A stretch of 64,000 nt of DNA from a candidate division WOR-3 bacterium (GCA_039802605.1 JBDRWW010000002.1:32001-96000); one strand, 5' to 3'. Positions 44,486-53,968 are shown, counted from the stretch's first letter. Notes: generated by a model from the letters alone, not told the origin. A program made the numbers and translations.

Positions 44486-44766
44486 TGATGTTTAAATTTA
44501 CGGCGGTAATAAGGCTTCTGGAAGATGGGAATTACGAGATACGCTTTCCGGCGATAAAGGGAATTAGGGCGAGGGGTTTTACGGTCATTGACGCCATTGA
44601 GAACGGGGAAAGGGCTTTGAGGAGGTTCTTAGAAGGTAAAATAAACAGGGGTGAGGATATACCATTGGATGTTAAAACCGTTTCCGTTAACACCGAAGAA
44701 TCCGAGGAAATAATTATAACCAAAGTTATAGTTTTCATTGATGAGAAGGGTATGCTTGAAGCGTAA
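44482..44766 (+). CDS. HicB-like antitoxin domain protein (no hicA adjacent)
   Basis: FTAVI...DGNYEIRFPAIKG...G.T..DAI...GEDIP. Confidence 0.75.
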   Translation: MMMFKFTAVIRLLEDGNYEIRFPAIKGIRARGFTVIDAIENGERALRRFLEGKINRGEDIPLDVKTVSVNTEESEEIIITKVIVFIDEKGMLEA

Positions 44767-45797
44767 TGAGAATTCTAATCCTTGCGGATGCGTCCGTATC
44801 CCACCCATACAAATGGGCTAAGATTTTGGAAGATTTGGGGAACGATGTAAGGATATTGACATTTGAAAAACCTTTAAATCACGACCTCGTGGAAAGTTTC
44901 AAATTACCCTTGGGAAGGTTTAAGTATATTTTTGGAATACCAAAAATTGCGGGATATGTTAGGGAGTTTAAACCCCATATCCTTTTCCCCCACTTTTTAC
45001 CCAACTACGGCTTTGTATCGTACTTTTTTAAAGGTTTTAAAATCTTGGCCCTTTGGGGTTCGGACATAATGGCATGGCCTTATAAATCCCCCCTACATAA
45101 AAGATTAGCCGAAAATGTTTTAAAAAAATTTAACTTTATCGTATGCGATGCCTTAATCGTAAAGGATATTCTCGTAAAAGATTTTGGGATTTTGGCCGAA
45201 AAAATATATGTTATTCCCTTTGGCGTTGAAAGGGAAATTAGGGAAAAACCCTTAAAGGATTTACCTACGGATGTTTTAACATTTGTATCAACGCGCAGAA
45301 TTGAGAAGCTGTTTAACCACTTTGAGATTTTGAGGTTTATAAAAAAACTTTCGGAAAGGTTTAAGGTTAAAATCCTCTATCTAAACGATGGTTCTTTGAG
45401 GGAAGAGGTTATAAGGTTTGCAAGGGATCTGAAAATTGATTTTGAATATCTCGGAAAGGTTCCATATGAAGAATATGTTGAGGTTTTACAAAACTCACAC
45501 TTCTGCATATCAATACCTTCAAGGGATGCAACTTCTGTATCCCTTTTGGAGTGTATGGCTTTGGGAAGCGTTCCATTGGTTTCGGACATCCCAGCCAACA
45601 GGGAATGGGTGGATAACAACGGAATATTAACAATACCCAATGCGGATGAGATGTTTAAGGGGTTTATAAGCCGTTTTAGTTGGGATTGGTGGAAGGAGGC
45701 AAGGATGAGAAGTAAAGAGATTGTTATAAAAAGGTGCAATTGGGAGGAGAATGTTAAAAGGTTTTGGTATGAGATATTAAAAGGATTCAGTGTCTGA
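44766..45797 (+). CDS. Glycosyltransferase family 4 (GT-B)
   Basis: WGSDI, IPFGV, SLLECMALG.VPLVSDIPANRE. Confidence 0.88.
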   Translation: MRILILADASVSHPYKWAKILEDLGNDVRILTFEKPLNHDLVESFKLPLGRFKYIFGIPKIAGYVREFKPHILFPHFLPNYGFVSYFFKGFKILALWGSDIMAWPYKSPLHKRLAENVLKKFNFIVCDALIVKDILVKDFGILAEKIYVIPFGVEREIREKPLKDLPTDVLTFVSTRRIEKLFNHFEILRFIKKLSERFKVKILYLNDGSLREEVIRFARDLKIDFEYLGKVPYEEYVEVLQNSHFCISIPSRDATSVSLLECMALGSVPLVSDIPANREWVDNNGILTIPNADEMFKGFISRFSWDWWKEARMRSKEIVIKRCNWEENVKRFWYEILKGFSV

Positions 45798-47853
45798 AAA
45801 GCCTTTTGCCCGTGAAAACGAGCTTTAAACCCAATTCCTTTGCCCTTTCTATGACCAACTCATCCCTTATTGAACCTCCGGGTTCAACCACAACCTTTAT
45901 GCCAAACTTGTGTGCCAATTCCACCGAATCGGGAAACGGGAAAAACCCATCCGAAACCAAAAACCCACCCTTTGCGTTTTCACCGGCCTTTTCAAGGGCT
46001 ACCCTAACCGCGGTAACCCTATCCACCAACCCGCTACCCACACCGAATAGGGTTTTATCCTTAACCACAACGGCCGCGTTTGACTTTGCCCATTTTACCA
46101 TTTTTAAACCGAACAAAATATCGGAAATCTCATTCTCATCAAAATTACCCACCTTATAATCAAAATTCTCATAAGGTGGCGAATAATCGTTGGTTTGTAT
46201 AAGTATATCGTTTCCGAGCATTAAAAGGTTTATATGCGGAAACCGATATTTAAAGGGGTCTATCCGCAATATGCGCAAGTTTTTCCTTTTGGATAATATC
46301 TCAATTGCCTTTGGAGAGTAATCCGTGGCTATTATTACCTCAAAGAAGTGTTCCCCTAACATCTCCGCCAAATCCTCCTCAACGGCAAAGTTAAAGGCCA
46401 CTATACCCCCAAAGGCGGCCATCATATCACCTTTTAGGGTTTTTTGATAAACTTCCATGGGCGATTCCCCTTCCGCACCCGCGCAGGGGGACATGTGCTT
46501 AACTATAACGCAGGCATACCCTTCAAATTCCGAAACGCAAGAAAATGCGGAAAAGGTATCCAATATGTTGTTGTATGAGAGTTCTTTACCCGAGATTTGT
46601 TCAACGGATGATAAAAATGAGTTGGGGTTTGTTTTTATCCAAGCCTGCTGGTGGGGATTTTCCCCATACCTTAAAGGTTTTGGTTCAGATATATGGATAA
46701 ATATGTTTTTGTGCATATTCGCCCTATCAAGAATTGATGCCAATGTCTCGTATATGTTTATATCGTATTTTGATGTGGTGGCAAAGGCCTTAACCGCAAG
46801 TGAAGCCCTAAGTTCATAAGAAACCTCACCGTTTTCCATTTCATCCATAACCCTCCGTATATCGCTCAAATCGGTTATTACAACCACATACTTAAAGTTT
46901 TTGGCGGCAGCCCTTATAAGTCCAACCCCACCTATGTCTATCATCTCCAGAATCTCTTCAATATCTTCCGTCTTTTGAGCAACTTCCATAAATGGATACA
47001 ATTGTACCAAAACTATATCGATTCTCGGTATGTTCAACTGTTTTGCCACTTCACCCTCGCCATCCCTGCGGTGTAAAATCCCACCAAAGATATAAGGATT
47101 TAAAGTTTTTACCCTACCACCAAATATCTCGGGAAATCCCGTTATTGAAGAAACCTCAAAGGCCAAAATCCCGTTATCGTTGAAAAACTTCGCCGTTCCC
47201 GTTGTGGATATTATGGTATAACCCTTATCCGTTAAAAACTTAGCGAATTCCAAAAGTTCCGGTTTTTTCTCGTAAGCGGTTATTAAAGCATACGGAACCC
47301 TCTCGTTAAAAAGGAATTCAACTATAACATCGAAATACAAAGCGTGTTCAACCGAATGAACCCTATTTTCAAAACTTTCAAGGGATTCTTCATTAAATAA
47401 GGGTATAACCTTCTGGGCGAGTATTGGGCCACCGTCCACCTCCTCCGTCGCTATATGAACGGTTACCCCGGAAAACTTAACCCCACTACTCCAAGCCCTT
47501 TGTATGGCCTTTGTTCCCCTAAAAGATGGCAACAGGGATGGATGAATGTTCAATATTTTCCCCCTAAATTCTTTAATGGTTTCCGGTGGCAATATTTTCA
47601 TAAAGCCCGCCATTACAACCGCATCGACCTTGCCAAAGGAATTTATGGTATTTATGAGTTCTTCACCGGTATCGGATATAACCCTGTATGGTATTCCCAA
47701 CCTTTTAGCCCTCTCTATCGCATAGGATTCGGGATTATCGGTTATTAACGCCAAAACATTTATGGGAAACTTGCTCACCCTTGCCCTTTTAACTATAACC
47801 TCAAAATTTGAACCGTTGCCGGAAGCCAATATTACTATGCGCTTTTCCTTCAA
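45787..47853 (-). CDS. purH: Fused PurN (GAR transformylase)-PurH (IMP cyclohydrolase / AICAR transformylase)
   Basis: About 180 N-terminal aa with ASGNGSN, NIHPSLLP and VDGGPI (PurN). Then GGRVKTL, IDIGG, LRYGENPHQ, SDGFFPF, RLFRH (PurH). Single open frame. Confidence 0.93.
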   Translation of the reverse strand: MKEKRIVILASGNGSNFEVIVKRARVSKFPINVLALITDNPESYAIERAKRLGIPYRVISDTGEELINTINSFGKVDAVVMAGFMKILPPETIKEFRGKILNIHPSLLPSFRGTKAIQRAWSSGVKFSGVTVHIATEEVDGGPILAQKVIPLFNEESLESFENRVHSVEHALYFDVIVEFLFNERVPYALITAYEKKPELLEFAKFLTDKGYTIISTTGTAKFFNDNGILAFEVSSITGFPEIFGGRVKTLNPYIFGGILHRRDGEGEVAKQLNIPRIDIVLVQLYPFMEVAQKTEDIEEILEMIDIGGVGLIRAAAKNFKYVVVITDLSDIRRVMDEMENGEVSYELRASLAVKAFATTSKYDINIYETLASILDRANMHKNIFIHISEPKPLRYGENPHQQAWIKTNPNSFLSSVEQISGKELSYNNILDTFSAFSCVSEFEGYACVIVKHMSPCAGAEGESPMEVYQKTLKGDMMAAFGGIVAFNFAVEEDLAEMLGEHFFEVIIATDYSPKAIEILSKRKNLRILRIDPFKYRFPHINLLMLGNDILIQTNDYSPPYENFDYKVGNFDENEISDILFGLKMVKWAKSNAAVVVKDKTLFGVGSGLVDRVTAVRVALEKAGENAKGGFLVSDGFFPFPDSVELAHKFGIKVVVEPGGSIRDELVIERAKELGLKLVFTGKRLFRH

Positions 47854-47895
47854 GCGGGAATTTTAATGTTGAAAGTGCAACCGTAAAATTTCCGG

Positions 47896-48531
47896 ATGTA
47901 TAAAGAATTCCTTGAAGAGGTGGAGGAGTTTAAGGAAAAGATAGGTCGTAAGGATGAGATAAAAATAGTTGCCATTTGTAAAGGGGTTTCGGTTGAAAAG
48001 ATTTTAAAAGTTTATGAGGAGGGTTGTAGGGATTTCGGTGAAAATAGGGTTCAAGAGGCGGAGAAAAAAATACCCCTTATCGGAAAACCGGACATAACTT
48101 GGCATATGGTTGGGCATTTACAAAAAAACAAGGTGAACAAGTTTTTAAGGTTATTTGATGTTTTGCACTCCCTTGACGGTGTTGAACTCGCACAAGCAAT
48201 ATCAAAGAGGACATACAAAAAGGTTAAGGTTTTTGTTGAGGTTAATACAAGTGGGGAACCTCAAAAGTTTGGCGTAAAACCAGAAGAAGCCGATAGAATT
48301 ATAGAAATGGTTAAAGAAATCCCAAATTTGGAACTCCTAGGTGTTATGACGGTCGGTCCATATCCGCCTGATGAGTATAAAAGCAGAAAGGCATTTGCCC
48401 TTCTAAGGGAAATAGCGGAGAGGAATAATTTGAGATATATATCCGCGGGTATGACGGAAGATTGGAAATACGCGCTAATGGAAGGGGCAAATGTTTTGAG
48501 GATAAGAAGGGGGATTTTTGGGGAGGGATGA
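47896..48531 (+). CDS. yggS: PLP homeostasis protein YggS family
   Basis: VAICK, FGENRVQE, WHMVGHLQKNK, SAGMTED, EGANVLRI. Confidence 0.93.
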   Translation: MYKEFLEEVEEFKEKIGRKDEIKIVAICKGVSVEKILKVYEEGCRDFGENRVQEAEKKIPLIGKPDITWHMVGHLQKNKVNKFLRLFDVLHSLDGVELAQAISKRTYKKVKVFVEVNTSGEPQKFGVKPEEADRIIEMVKEIPNLELLGVMTVGPYPPDEYKSRKAFALLREIAERNNLRYISAGMTEDWKYALMEGANVLRIRRGIFGEG

Positions 48532-49694
48532 TGTTCCCCTTTATTCCGGATACATCACAAATCGTATATTTTCAAACCTACACATATCAAACCATAAATA
48601 TAAACTCCTGTTATAGGTATGAACTTGAAGCCCTACCCTTTCTAACGCCCGATCAAATAGACATAATCCTTAGGAGGAGACCTTACAGGGATTGGGAGGA
48701 CTTTTTGAGGAAAACCGGTTTTAAGGATTACGAGGTGGAGTATTTAAAAAACTTTTTGGTTTTTGGAAAGGAGAAGTTTTACAAGGTTTTTATAAAGGGT
48801 GGGAATAAAGGATATGTTCTATCATCTGGGGGAAGGAACGAAGATTGGGTATACAACTTCTACCTAGGTAGGGATACATCCTTTTTTATCCTTAAAGAGG
48901 GGTTTTTTAAGGTTTTTCTTGGAAACTCAAAGGTAGTATCTCCGTTGGGTTTTGCCGGACATAGCGGGTATTATTCAAACGAGGGTGAAATATCTTTTGT
49001 TTATTATTCCCAACCTTCGTTTGGAATTGGGATAGGGAAGGCGATTGCGAAAATTGGGAAAAAGGGTGTAATAGGGGGATATTTATCGGAAAATGGTGGG
49101 ATATTGGTATCCAAGGATTCGGTGATTGGGGGAATATCATTTGTTAAATTTGGACCGTTTTCCTTTGAGGGAGCCTTATCAAAGGGATCGTTTGGATTTG
49201 GTGTTAGGGGTTATTCAAGGGATGGGGGCTTTATGGTTAAGTTTTTTAACGGAAAACCATTTTGGAACGAAGGGAGTCAAAGAAATTATTATTCGCTTTG
49301 GTACAGGTGGCACTTTTTGGGGATTAATATGAGGATTTACATATCGTCAAATGGCGAAAGGTTTTCCCTAAGCTTTGGAAAGAACAATGAGAGTGTAAGG
49401 GTTGAATACTTTCAAGTTCCTAGGGTTAATTTAATGCTGAAAAACTTCTTAGCCGGGGCGTGCCCGGGTTGTGTATATGTCGGCATTGAATACCGTTTTT
49501 TCCGGTTTAAGGTTTATTCCTTTACAAAAAGCGGAATCCAGTTTTATGAAGATGCATATTCGTCTAGAACATTTGTTTCATCCGAGGGGTATGCGGCTTT
49601 TTTGGGTTTTAGGTATAAAAACATCGGTTTCTTACTATCCAACAAAGGGAATTCCATAAATTGGGAAATGTGGTTTTTTACCTCTCTGAGATAA
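48528..49694 (+). CDS. Hypothetical protein: N-terminal ComEA-like helix-hairpin-helix plus a probable outer-membrane beta-barrel
   Basis: ININSC..ELEALPFL...I...R, followed by Gly/aromatic-rich strands. Start moved to ATG 48528. Confidence 0.6.
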   Translation: MMFPFIPDTSQIVYFQTYTYQTININSCYRYELEALPFLTPDQIDIILRRRPYRDWEDFLRKTGFKDYEVEYLKNFLVFGKEKFYKVFIKGGNKGYVLSSGGRNEDWVYNFYLGRDTSFFILKEGFFKVFLGNSKVVSPLGFAGHSGYYSNEGEISFVYYSQPSFGIGIGKAIAKIGKKGVIGGYLSENGGILVSKDSVIGGISFVKFGPFSFEGALSKGSFGFGVRGYSRDGGFMVKFFNGKPFWNEGSQRNYYSLWYRWHFLGINMRIYISSNGERFSLSFGKNNESVRVEYFQVPRVNLMLKNFLAGACPGCVYVGIEYRFFRFKVYSFTKSGIQFYEDAYSSRTFVSSEGYAAFLGFRYKNIGFLLSNKGNSINWEMWFFTSLR

Positions 49695-50703
49695 CCGCCA
49701 TCAGGAATTCCTTTGTATAGGGTTCGGTATCAAATACAAAGATTTCCTTAACCTTCAACTTGTTCATTCTGACCTGTTCATACACCCTTTTTGGTTTTCT
49801 CCCGAAGAATACAAAACTATTACCCCATACTTCCGGTATATTTCCCAAAAATCTATCGGTATTTATAACAACCCATTCGTACCTTTCGGTATGGAAAAAG
49901 GAAAAGGACTTAAAACCCAAACTTTCAATTTTAGAAGGTGAGTAGTGAATAATCCTATTCTCCTCCATTTCCCTAAGGATTAGGGGATTTTCCTCAACAT
50001 AGGTGGCAATTGAATTTAATGGGAATAAATAACCCGTCCCCAAAGCCAAAGCGCCCTTAAACCCATCAAAAACCTCCCAAACCTTGGGTAAAATGTAAAG
50101 GTTATCGGGATATATCCCAAAGGGGGAGAGCTTCAACTTAATGCCTTCAACCTCAAAGGGTAAAAACATCTTACCCCTTCCCCCGTTTATGTAATCCATT
50201 TTCCCCTTTACAACCCACCAAATTCCGCCTATACCCTTTCCGGAGTATATTATGTCATAGGTTAGTTTTTTCAAAAAAACTTTCCGCCTAAGGTTCAGGG
50301 TTATAACAACCTCGTCGTCGTTGGTTATGAATGTTATTCCCATTAATTTACCCTTTCCCACCTCCGGGTCCCATGTGCTTATCCTTTCGTTTGAGAGTTG
50401 TTTTTGCAAAAAACCTATAACATCGTTTATCTTAGGCCTCAATATGGGGCATGCGCTTATACCGAAAATTATCCCGGATTCCAAAGAATAGCCCAATATA
50501 ACCTTATCGCGTTTTATCCTCTTTACATTTAAAATCACCCTAAACTTGTAAAACTTATCCTTTGGGGATTCAACTATTTTCGGGTCTATTCCGAAAATTT
50601 CCCTAATTTCGGCAACCTTTATGCGAACACTTCCTTTATAATCAACATCCTGATAAAAACACCTCGGGCATTCTCCGAAGTATCTACAAAAGGGGACCGC
50701 CAA
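49678..50703 (-). CDS. Degenerate RlmD/TrmA-like RNA m5U methyltransferase homologue
   Basis: CRYFGECPRC...CPI Fe-S motif and overall layout are retained. The SAM motif, DPPR and catalytic YVSC are eroded. Confidence 0.65.
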   Translation of the reverse strand: MAVPFCRYFGECPRCFYQDVDYKGSVRIKVAEIREIFGIDPKIVESPKDKFYKFRVILNVKRIKRDKVILGYSLESGIIFGISACPILRPKINDVIGFLQKQLSNERISTWDPEVGKGKLMGITFITNDDEVVITLNLRRKVFLKKLTYDIIYSGKGIGGIWWVVKGKMDYINGGRGKMFLPFEVEGIKLKLSPFGIYPDNLYILPKVWEVFDGFKGALALGTGYLFPLNSIATYVEENPLILREMEENRIIHYSPSKIESLGFKSFSFFHTERYEWVVINTDRFLGNIPEVWGNSFVFFGRKPKRVYEQVRMNKLKVKEIFVFDTEPYTKEFLMAVISER

Positions 50704-51120
50704 TTACCTTTTAGGGCCAAACAAGGCCTTTATTCTACCCCACGAATGCTCGTCCAGAGAGGATGGAATCTCGTTTTTTCTGCCCGGAGTTGCTACCAAG
50801 AACATCCTGAAATCACCGCGGCCGTCTGGATACCTACCCATGCTCCCCTGAGCGGGGAGGCTAATCCAAGTATAGGAATCAACGGTGTTTGAACCGTTTT
50901 TGAGAACAACGCTATCGGAGTTTATACTCAAACCCATGTAAAAAACCTTATATTCTCCGGGATTAATAACACCAAATAGGTTTAGAGTTCTGTTTTTCGT
51001 TATCAAAGTAAAATCGCTTAAATTTACGGGTGTTGAACCCGTATTATAAATCTCCACCCAACCCGAATCCGAACCTACCACCCCCACTTCGTTGATTACC
51101 AAAGAAAAGGTCAATACCAC
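50704..51120 (-). CDS. Lamin-tail-domain (LTD) secreted protein with a C-terminal SWGRIKALF motif
   Basis: VINEV, WVEIYN, SMGRYPDG, TPG..N. Confidence 0.8.
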   Translation of the reverse strand: MVLTFSLVINEVGVVGSDSGWVEIYNTGSTPVNLSDFTLITKNRTLNLFGVINPGEYKVFYMGLSINSDSVVLKNGSNTVDSYTWISLPAQGSMGRYPDGRGDFRMFLVATPGRKNEIPSSLDEHSWGRIKALFGPKR

Positions 51121-51129
51121 CAGCTAGAT

Positions 51130-51191
51130 ATTATAAGGGGGAGAAATCCTTTGTCAAGCGGCTTGACAAATAAATCATACCACCTTATAAT
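51130..51191. promoter_or_regulatory. Back-to-back divergent sigma70-type promoters
   Basis: Plus strand: TTGACA 51163-51168, 17 nt, TATAAT 51186-51191, 9 nt before ATG 51201. Minus strand: TTGACA 51152-51157, 16 nt, TATAAT 51130-51135, 9 nt before GTG 51120. Confidence 0.85.
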
Positions 51192-51200
51192 GCCCGTACT

Positions 51201-52472
51201 ATGCTTTGGACAATATCTTGGGTAGTTGCACCTGTTATAAACGATACAATTTTTAAGGGGGATACATGCCCCGGAACTGCCGTCCACTCCGCATTGGTTG
51301 GAATACCGTCATCTTACGCGTGTGCGGATATAATGTTTGCCTTTGACCTAACGGGTTCAATGGGTGGGGAACTTTCGTATGCGCAAGCAAACGCAAATGC
51401 AATAATGGACAGCCTTATGTCATCAATACCGGATGTTAGGTTTGGAGTGTCATCGCATTCGGATTACCCGGCATCTTACTCCTGGTGCGGATATTCCGAT
51501 ACATACGGAATTTTCGAAGATTTTCCTTATCAACTGAACCAACCCCTAACTTATGATACCGCACTCGTCAGGTCTGCAATATACTCCCTCTCTATATTAT
51601 ATGGAGCAGATAGTCCCGAGGATTATGCGAGGCTTTTATGGGAAATGTTGAACGACCCCGGAATCGATTGGAGAAGATCTTGTGCGAGGTTCGTGGTGTT
51701 TTGGCTTGACAATATACCGCATGCTTGCGATATATACGACCCTTCAAGGCCTTATTGGACAAACACTGGGGTCGAACCCGGAAGGGATGCCACGGCTGGA
51801 ACTCCGGATGACATATATTGGTATCCCCTTTTGAGGGATTTGAGGAGAAACGGAATAAAACCTGTAATAATGGTTAGTGCAACTTATACATACTACCTCC
51901 CTTGGTGGCAGTATTGGATGTCCGATACCCTCGCGGATGGCATAGCAACCATAAGGGGCAGCGGTATAGCGAGGCAAATAGATTCCATTGTGAATTCAAC
52001 GGCCTTAACCATAGACACTTTAAGGCCTGTTGTTAGGGAACCCGCATATACCTCCTGGGTTAGTTTCACACCACCATATTATGCGGGTATAACCCTTTCG
52101 CCACCGGAGGATACATTCGGCTTCACAATAACCTTTAATGTTCCACCTGCCGCCCCATCGGGCTTACACACATTCCACATAGACTATTACAGGGATGCCA
52201 TACTCGTTGACAGCCAGTTGGTGAATTTATGGGTTTATGACTGCACGGCCGGGTACGACGACCCGATAGCTGTCAAGGAGAGGTTGAGCAGGGATAAGGT
52301 TATAATCACGCAAAATGCGGTTTATGTATCCGATGGATATACCGTTGAAGTTTATTCTGCGGACGGTAAGAGGATATACACATTGAATTCCGGAAAATAC
52401 GAGTTCAGGAATAGGGGTATATACTTCGTAAGGGTTAAGGGAGGAAAGACCTTTAAGGTCGTTGTCAGGTAA
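51201..52472 (+). CDS. Secreted vWA-domain protein with a T9SS-like CTD
   Basis: DIMFAFDLTGSMG (MIDAS), GADSPED, IDWR. C-terminal VYSADGKR...GIYFVRV...KVVVR. Confidence 0.82.
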   Translation: MLWTISWVVAPVINDTIFKGDTCPGTAVHSALVGIPSSYACADIMFAFDLTGSMGGELSYAQANANAIMDSLMSSIPDVRFGVSSHSDYPASYSWCGYSDTYGIFEDFPYQLNQPLTYDTALVRSAIYSLSILYGADSPEDYARLLWEMLNDPGIDWRRSCARFVVFWLDNIPHACDIYDPSRPYWTNTGVEPGRDATAGTPDDIYWYPLLRDLRRNGIKPVIMVSATYTYYLPWWQYWMSDTLADGIATIRGSGIARQIDSIVNSTALTIDTLRPVVREPAYTSWVSFTPPYYAGITLSPPEDTFGFTITFNVPPAAPSGLHTFHIDYYRDAILVDSQLVNLWVYDCTAGYDDPIAVKERLSRDKVIITQNAVYVSDGYTVEVYSADGKRIYTLNSGKYEFRNRGIYFVRVKGGKTFKVVVR

Positions 52473-52492
52473 TCGCCCTTAAAATACCCTTA

Positions 52493-52885
52493 ATGGGTGC
52501 GGGGATTATAGCGGTAGCATTTCAATATTTGGGTGTTCCCTACAAGTATGGGGGTAATGACACGGCGGGAATGGATTGTAGTGGATTTGTTAGAAAGGTG
52601 TTTGAACACTTCGGAATAGATGCACCAAGGAGGGCAAGGGATTATATAAATTTTGGGAAACCCGTTCCCTTGGATAGCATAATTCCCGGGGATATATTGC
52701 TCTTCAAGTTTGAACACAAGTATGTGGATCATGTTGGGATATATGTGGGGAACGATGAGGTAATACATTCCGCATCAAAAAGGGGGGTAATAGTTGAGAG
52801 TTTAAAATACATCAGAAAAAACCTCGTAGGTGCCAGGAGGGTTTATATACCTTCAAACATATACGATGCGGTGGTTGAATTTTGA
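52493..52885 (+). CDS. NlpC/P60 (C40) peptidoglycan endopeptidase
   Basis: LGVPYKYGG, DCSGF, HVGIYVG, IHSAS. Confidence 0.92.
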   Translation: MGAGIIAVAFQYLGVPYKYGGNDTAGMDCSGFVRKVFEHFGIDAPRRARDYINFGKPVPLDSIIPGDILLFKFEHKYVDHVGIYVGNDEVIHSASKRGVIVESLKYIRKNLVGARRVYIPSNIYDAVVEF

Positions 52886-52929
52886 TACCCACCACACAAA
52901 TTTTTCCCCCTTATAATATCCACCTCAAC

Positions 52930-53004
52930 GGGGACGTAGTTCAGCCTGGTTAGAACGCCGGCCTGTCACGCCGGAGGTCGCGGGTTCAAATCCCGTCGTC
53001 CCCG
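52930..53004 (+). tRNA. tRNA-Asp (anticodon GTC), CCA not encoded
   Basis: GGGGACG TAGTTCAGCCTGGTTAGAACG CCGGC CTGTCAC GCCGG AGGTC GCGGGTTCAAATCCCGT CGTCCCC G. Confidence 0.97.
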
Positions 53005-53005
53005 T

Positions 53006-53968
53006 TTGTCCCAATTTGGAAGGTTGAGGGTAGGGGTTGTGGGGGTGGGTTATCTCGGTTCCATACATGTATCAAAACTCGTAAATTTCCCAGAGGTTGA
53101 GGGGATATTAGTGTACGACATAAATCCGGAAAAGATGTCAAGGGCCGAAAGGGAATACGGGGTAAAACCTACGGGTTCTTTGGAAGAGATAGTTGAAAAA
53201 TCCGATGTAATTATATGCGCATCCCCCACTACTACCCATTACGGGATAGTTAAGTTTTGCATAGAAAAGGGGAAACCGGTTTTTGTGGAAAAACCCTTAA
53301 CCGACAACATAAAAACCGCAGAGGAAATATTAAATTTGAGCAAGGAGAAAGGGGTTAAGGTTCAGGTTGGGCATGTTGAGAGGTTTAATCCCGCCTTTCT
53401 TTCCGCAAAGAGTTTAATAAAGGATAAGCCTTTTTTTATAGAAAGCGTCCGCATGAGCATTTATAATCCGAGGGGAACGGATGTTGATGTTATCCTTGAC
53501 CTTATGATACACGATATAGACCTAACACTATCCCTTGTATCGGAAATGCCCGAAAATATCAGCGCAATAGGGGTTCCGGTGCTAACCGGGGACATTGATA
53601 TAGCAAATGTAAGGCTTGAATTCCCATCAGGCGCTTTGGCGAATCTGACCGCAAGCAGGATATCCCTTGAAAAGATGAGGAAGTTCAGGGTTTTCACCAA
53701 AGAAAACTACCTTTCCATAGACTTATACCATAAGAAAACGGAGATGGTTAGGAGGTTTGACGGCGAAATCCTACCCTATTTCCCCCCCGTTGATACTTCC
53801 TTAGATGCCATAACCCTTGAGCTAAAATCCTTTATAGAGGCGGTACTCCAAGATAAACCCGTGGTGGTATCCGCAGAGGACGGGTATAAAAATATGCTCG
53901 TGGCGGAAATGATAAAGGAACACATATCAAAAAGGTTGGGAAAAATCCATGAAAATACGAGGCCATAA
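53006..53968 (+). CDS. Gfo/Idh/MocA oxidoreductase (GnnA-like UDP-GlcNAc 3-dehydrogenase candidate)
   Basis: GVVGVGYLG..H, VEKP, GHVERFNP, DLMIHDID, TASRIS. Confidence 0.88.
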   Translation: MSQFGRLRVGVVGVGYLGSIHVSKLVNFPEVEGILVYDINPEKMSRAEREYGVKPTGSLEEIVEKSDVIICASPTTTHYGIVKFCIEKGKPVFVEKPLTDNIKTAEEILNLSKEKGVKVQVGHVERFNPAFLSAKSLIKDKPFFIESVRMSIYNPRGTDVDVILDLMIHDIDLTLSLVSEMPENISAIGVPVLTGDIDIANVRLEFPSGALANLTASRISLEKMRKFRVFTKENYLSIDLYHKKTEMVRRFDGEILPYFPPVDTSLDAITLELKSFIEAVLQDKPVVVSAEDGYKNMLVAEMIKEHISKRLGKIHENTRP

